From positions 52,638,001 to 52,702,000 of the forward strand of contig NC_135661.1 in NCBI RefSeq assembly GCF_964188315.1: a stretch of DNA of 64,000 nt, written 5' to 3'. Origin of the DNA: Podarcis muralis. Its lineage: Eukaryota. The notes under the pieces were generated by a model. It was not told where the DNA came from, ran no database searches, and saw only the letters and a list, made by a program, of their open reading frames with translations. Shown piece by piece: positions 63,767 to 64,000 of the stretch (its first letter is position 1; every line of letters starts with the position of its first letter). Position numbers and translations under genes: made by a program.

Positions 63767-64000
63767 TCAATATTGCCATGAACGCTTTCAGTCAATGGAG
63801 TCAAAGGCAAATGAGAGATCAACAAACACAACACACAGCTTTTGTTGGTGGACAGCTAATGTACTTTTGAATAAGATAATTCAAAACAAATCAGTGAACA
63901 ATGTGCAAGGTCTCTTGTGAAAGCCTCTACGTGCATTGGGGACATAACCTGACTCTCTTTGACTCATTGTTTTAACTTATCTGAAAGAAGTGTGTATATT

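Overview
Vertebrate genomic DNA from a squamate, probably a lacertid lizard (inferred from Sauria-type SINEs and the repeat landscape). The window matches the human 16q22.1 block in reverse orientation. From left to right: first coding exon of HSF4 (minus, rest of gene off the left edge); two intact tandem FBXL8-type F-box/LRR genes (minus; a divergent copy at 3995-8186 and an ortholog-like copy at 13031-15185); a CpG-island promoter region probably shared with TRADD; TRADD (plus, 4 coding exons, about 325 aa); B3GNT9 (plus, single coding exon, 411 aa); and the last 12 coding exons of PHAF1/C16orf70 (minus, 5' part off the right edge). All exon boundaries were read by hand as GT-AG, and the phases join into open frames. 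Introns and spacers are full of SINEs, LINE fragments and MITEs, many with readable TSDs. Top observations: (1) a Penelope-derived inverted repeat with a 13-bp TSD carrying two back-to-back minimal hammerhead ribozyme motifs (17591-17825); (2) the FBXL8 duplication, whose divergent copy has its own CpG promoter and a remodelled C-terminus; (3) a solo LTR with a nested CpG-rich, cargo-bearing hAT element in that copy's intron; (4) an in-frame 4 x 21-bp repeat in the TRADD linker. Gene and repeat names rest on recall of known proteins and families. No alignment or database search was run.
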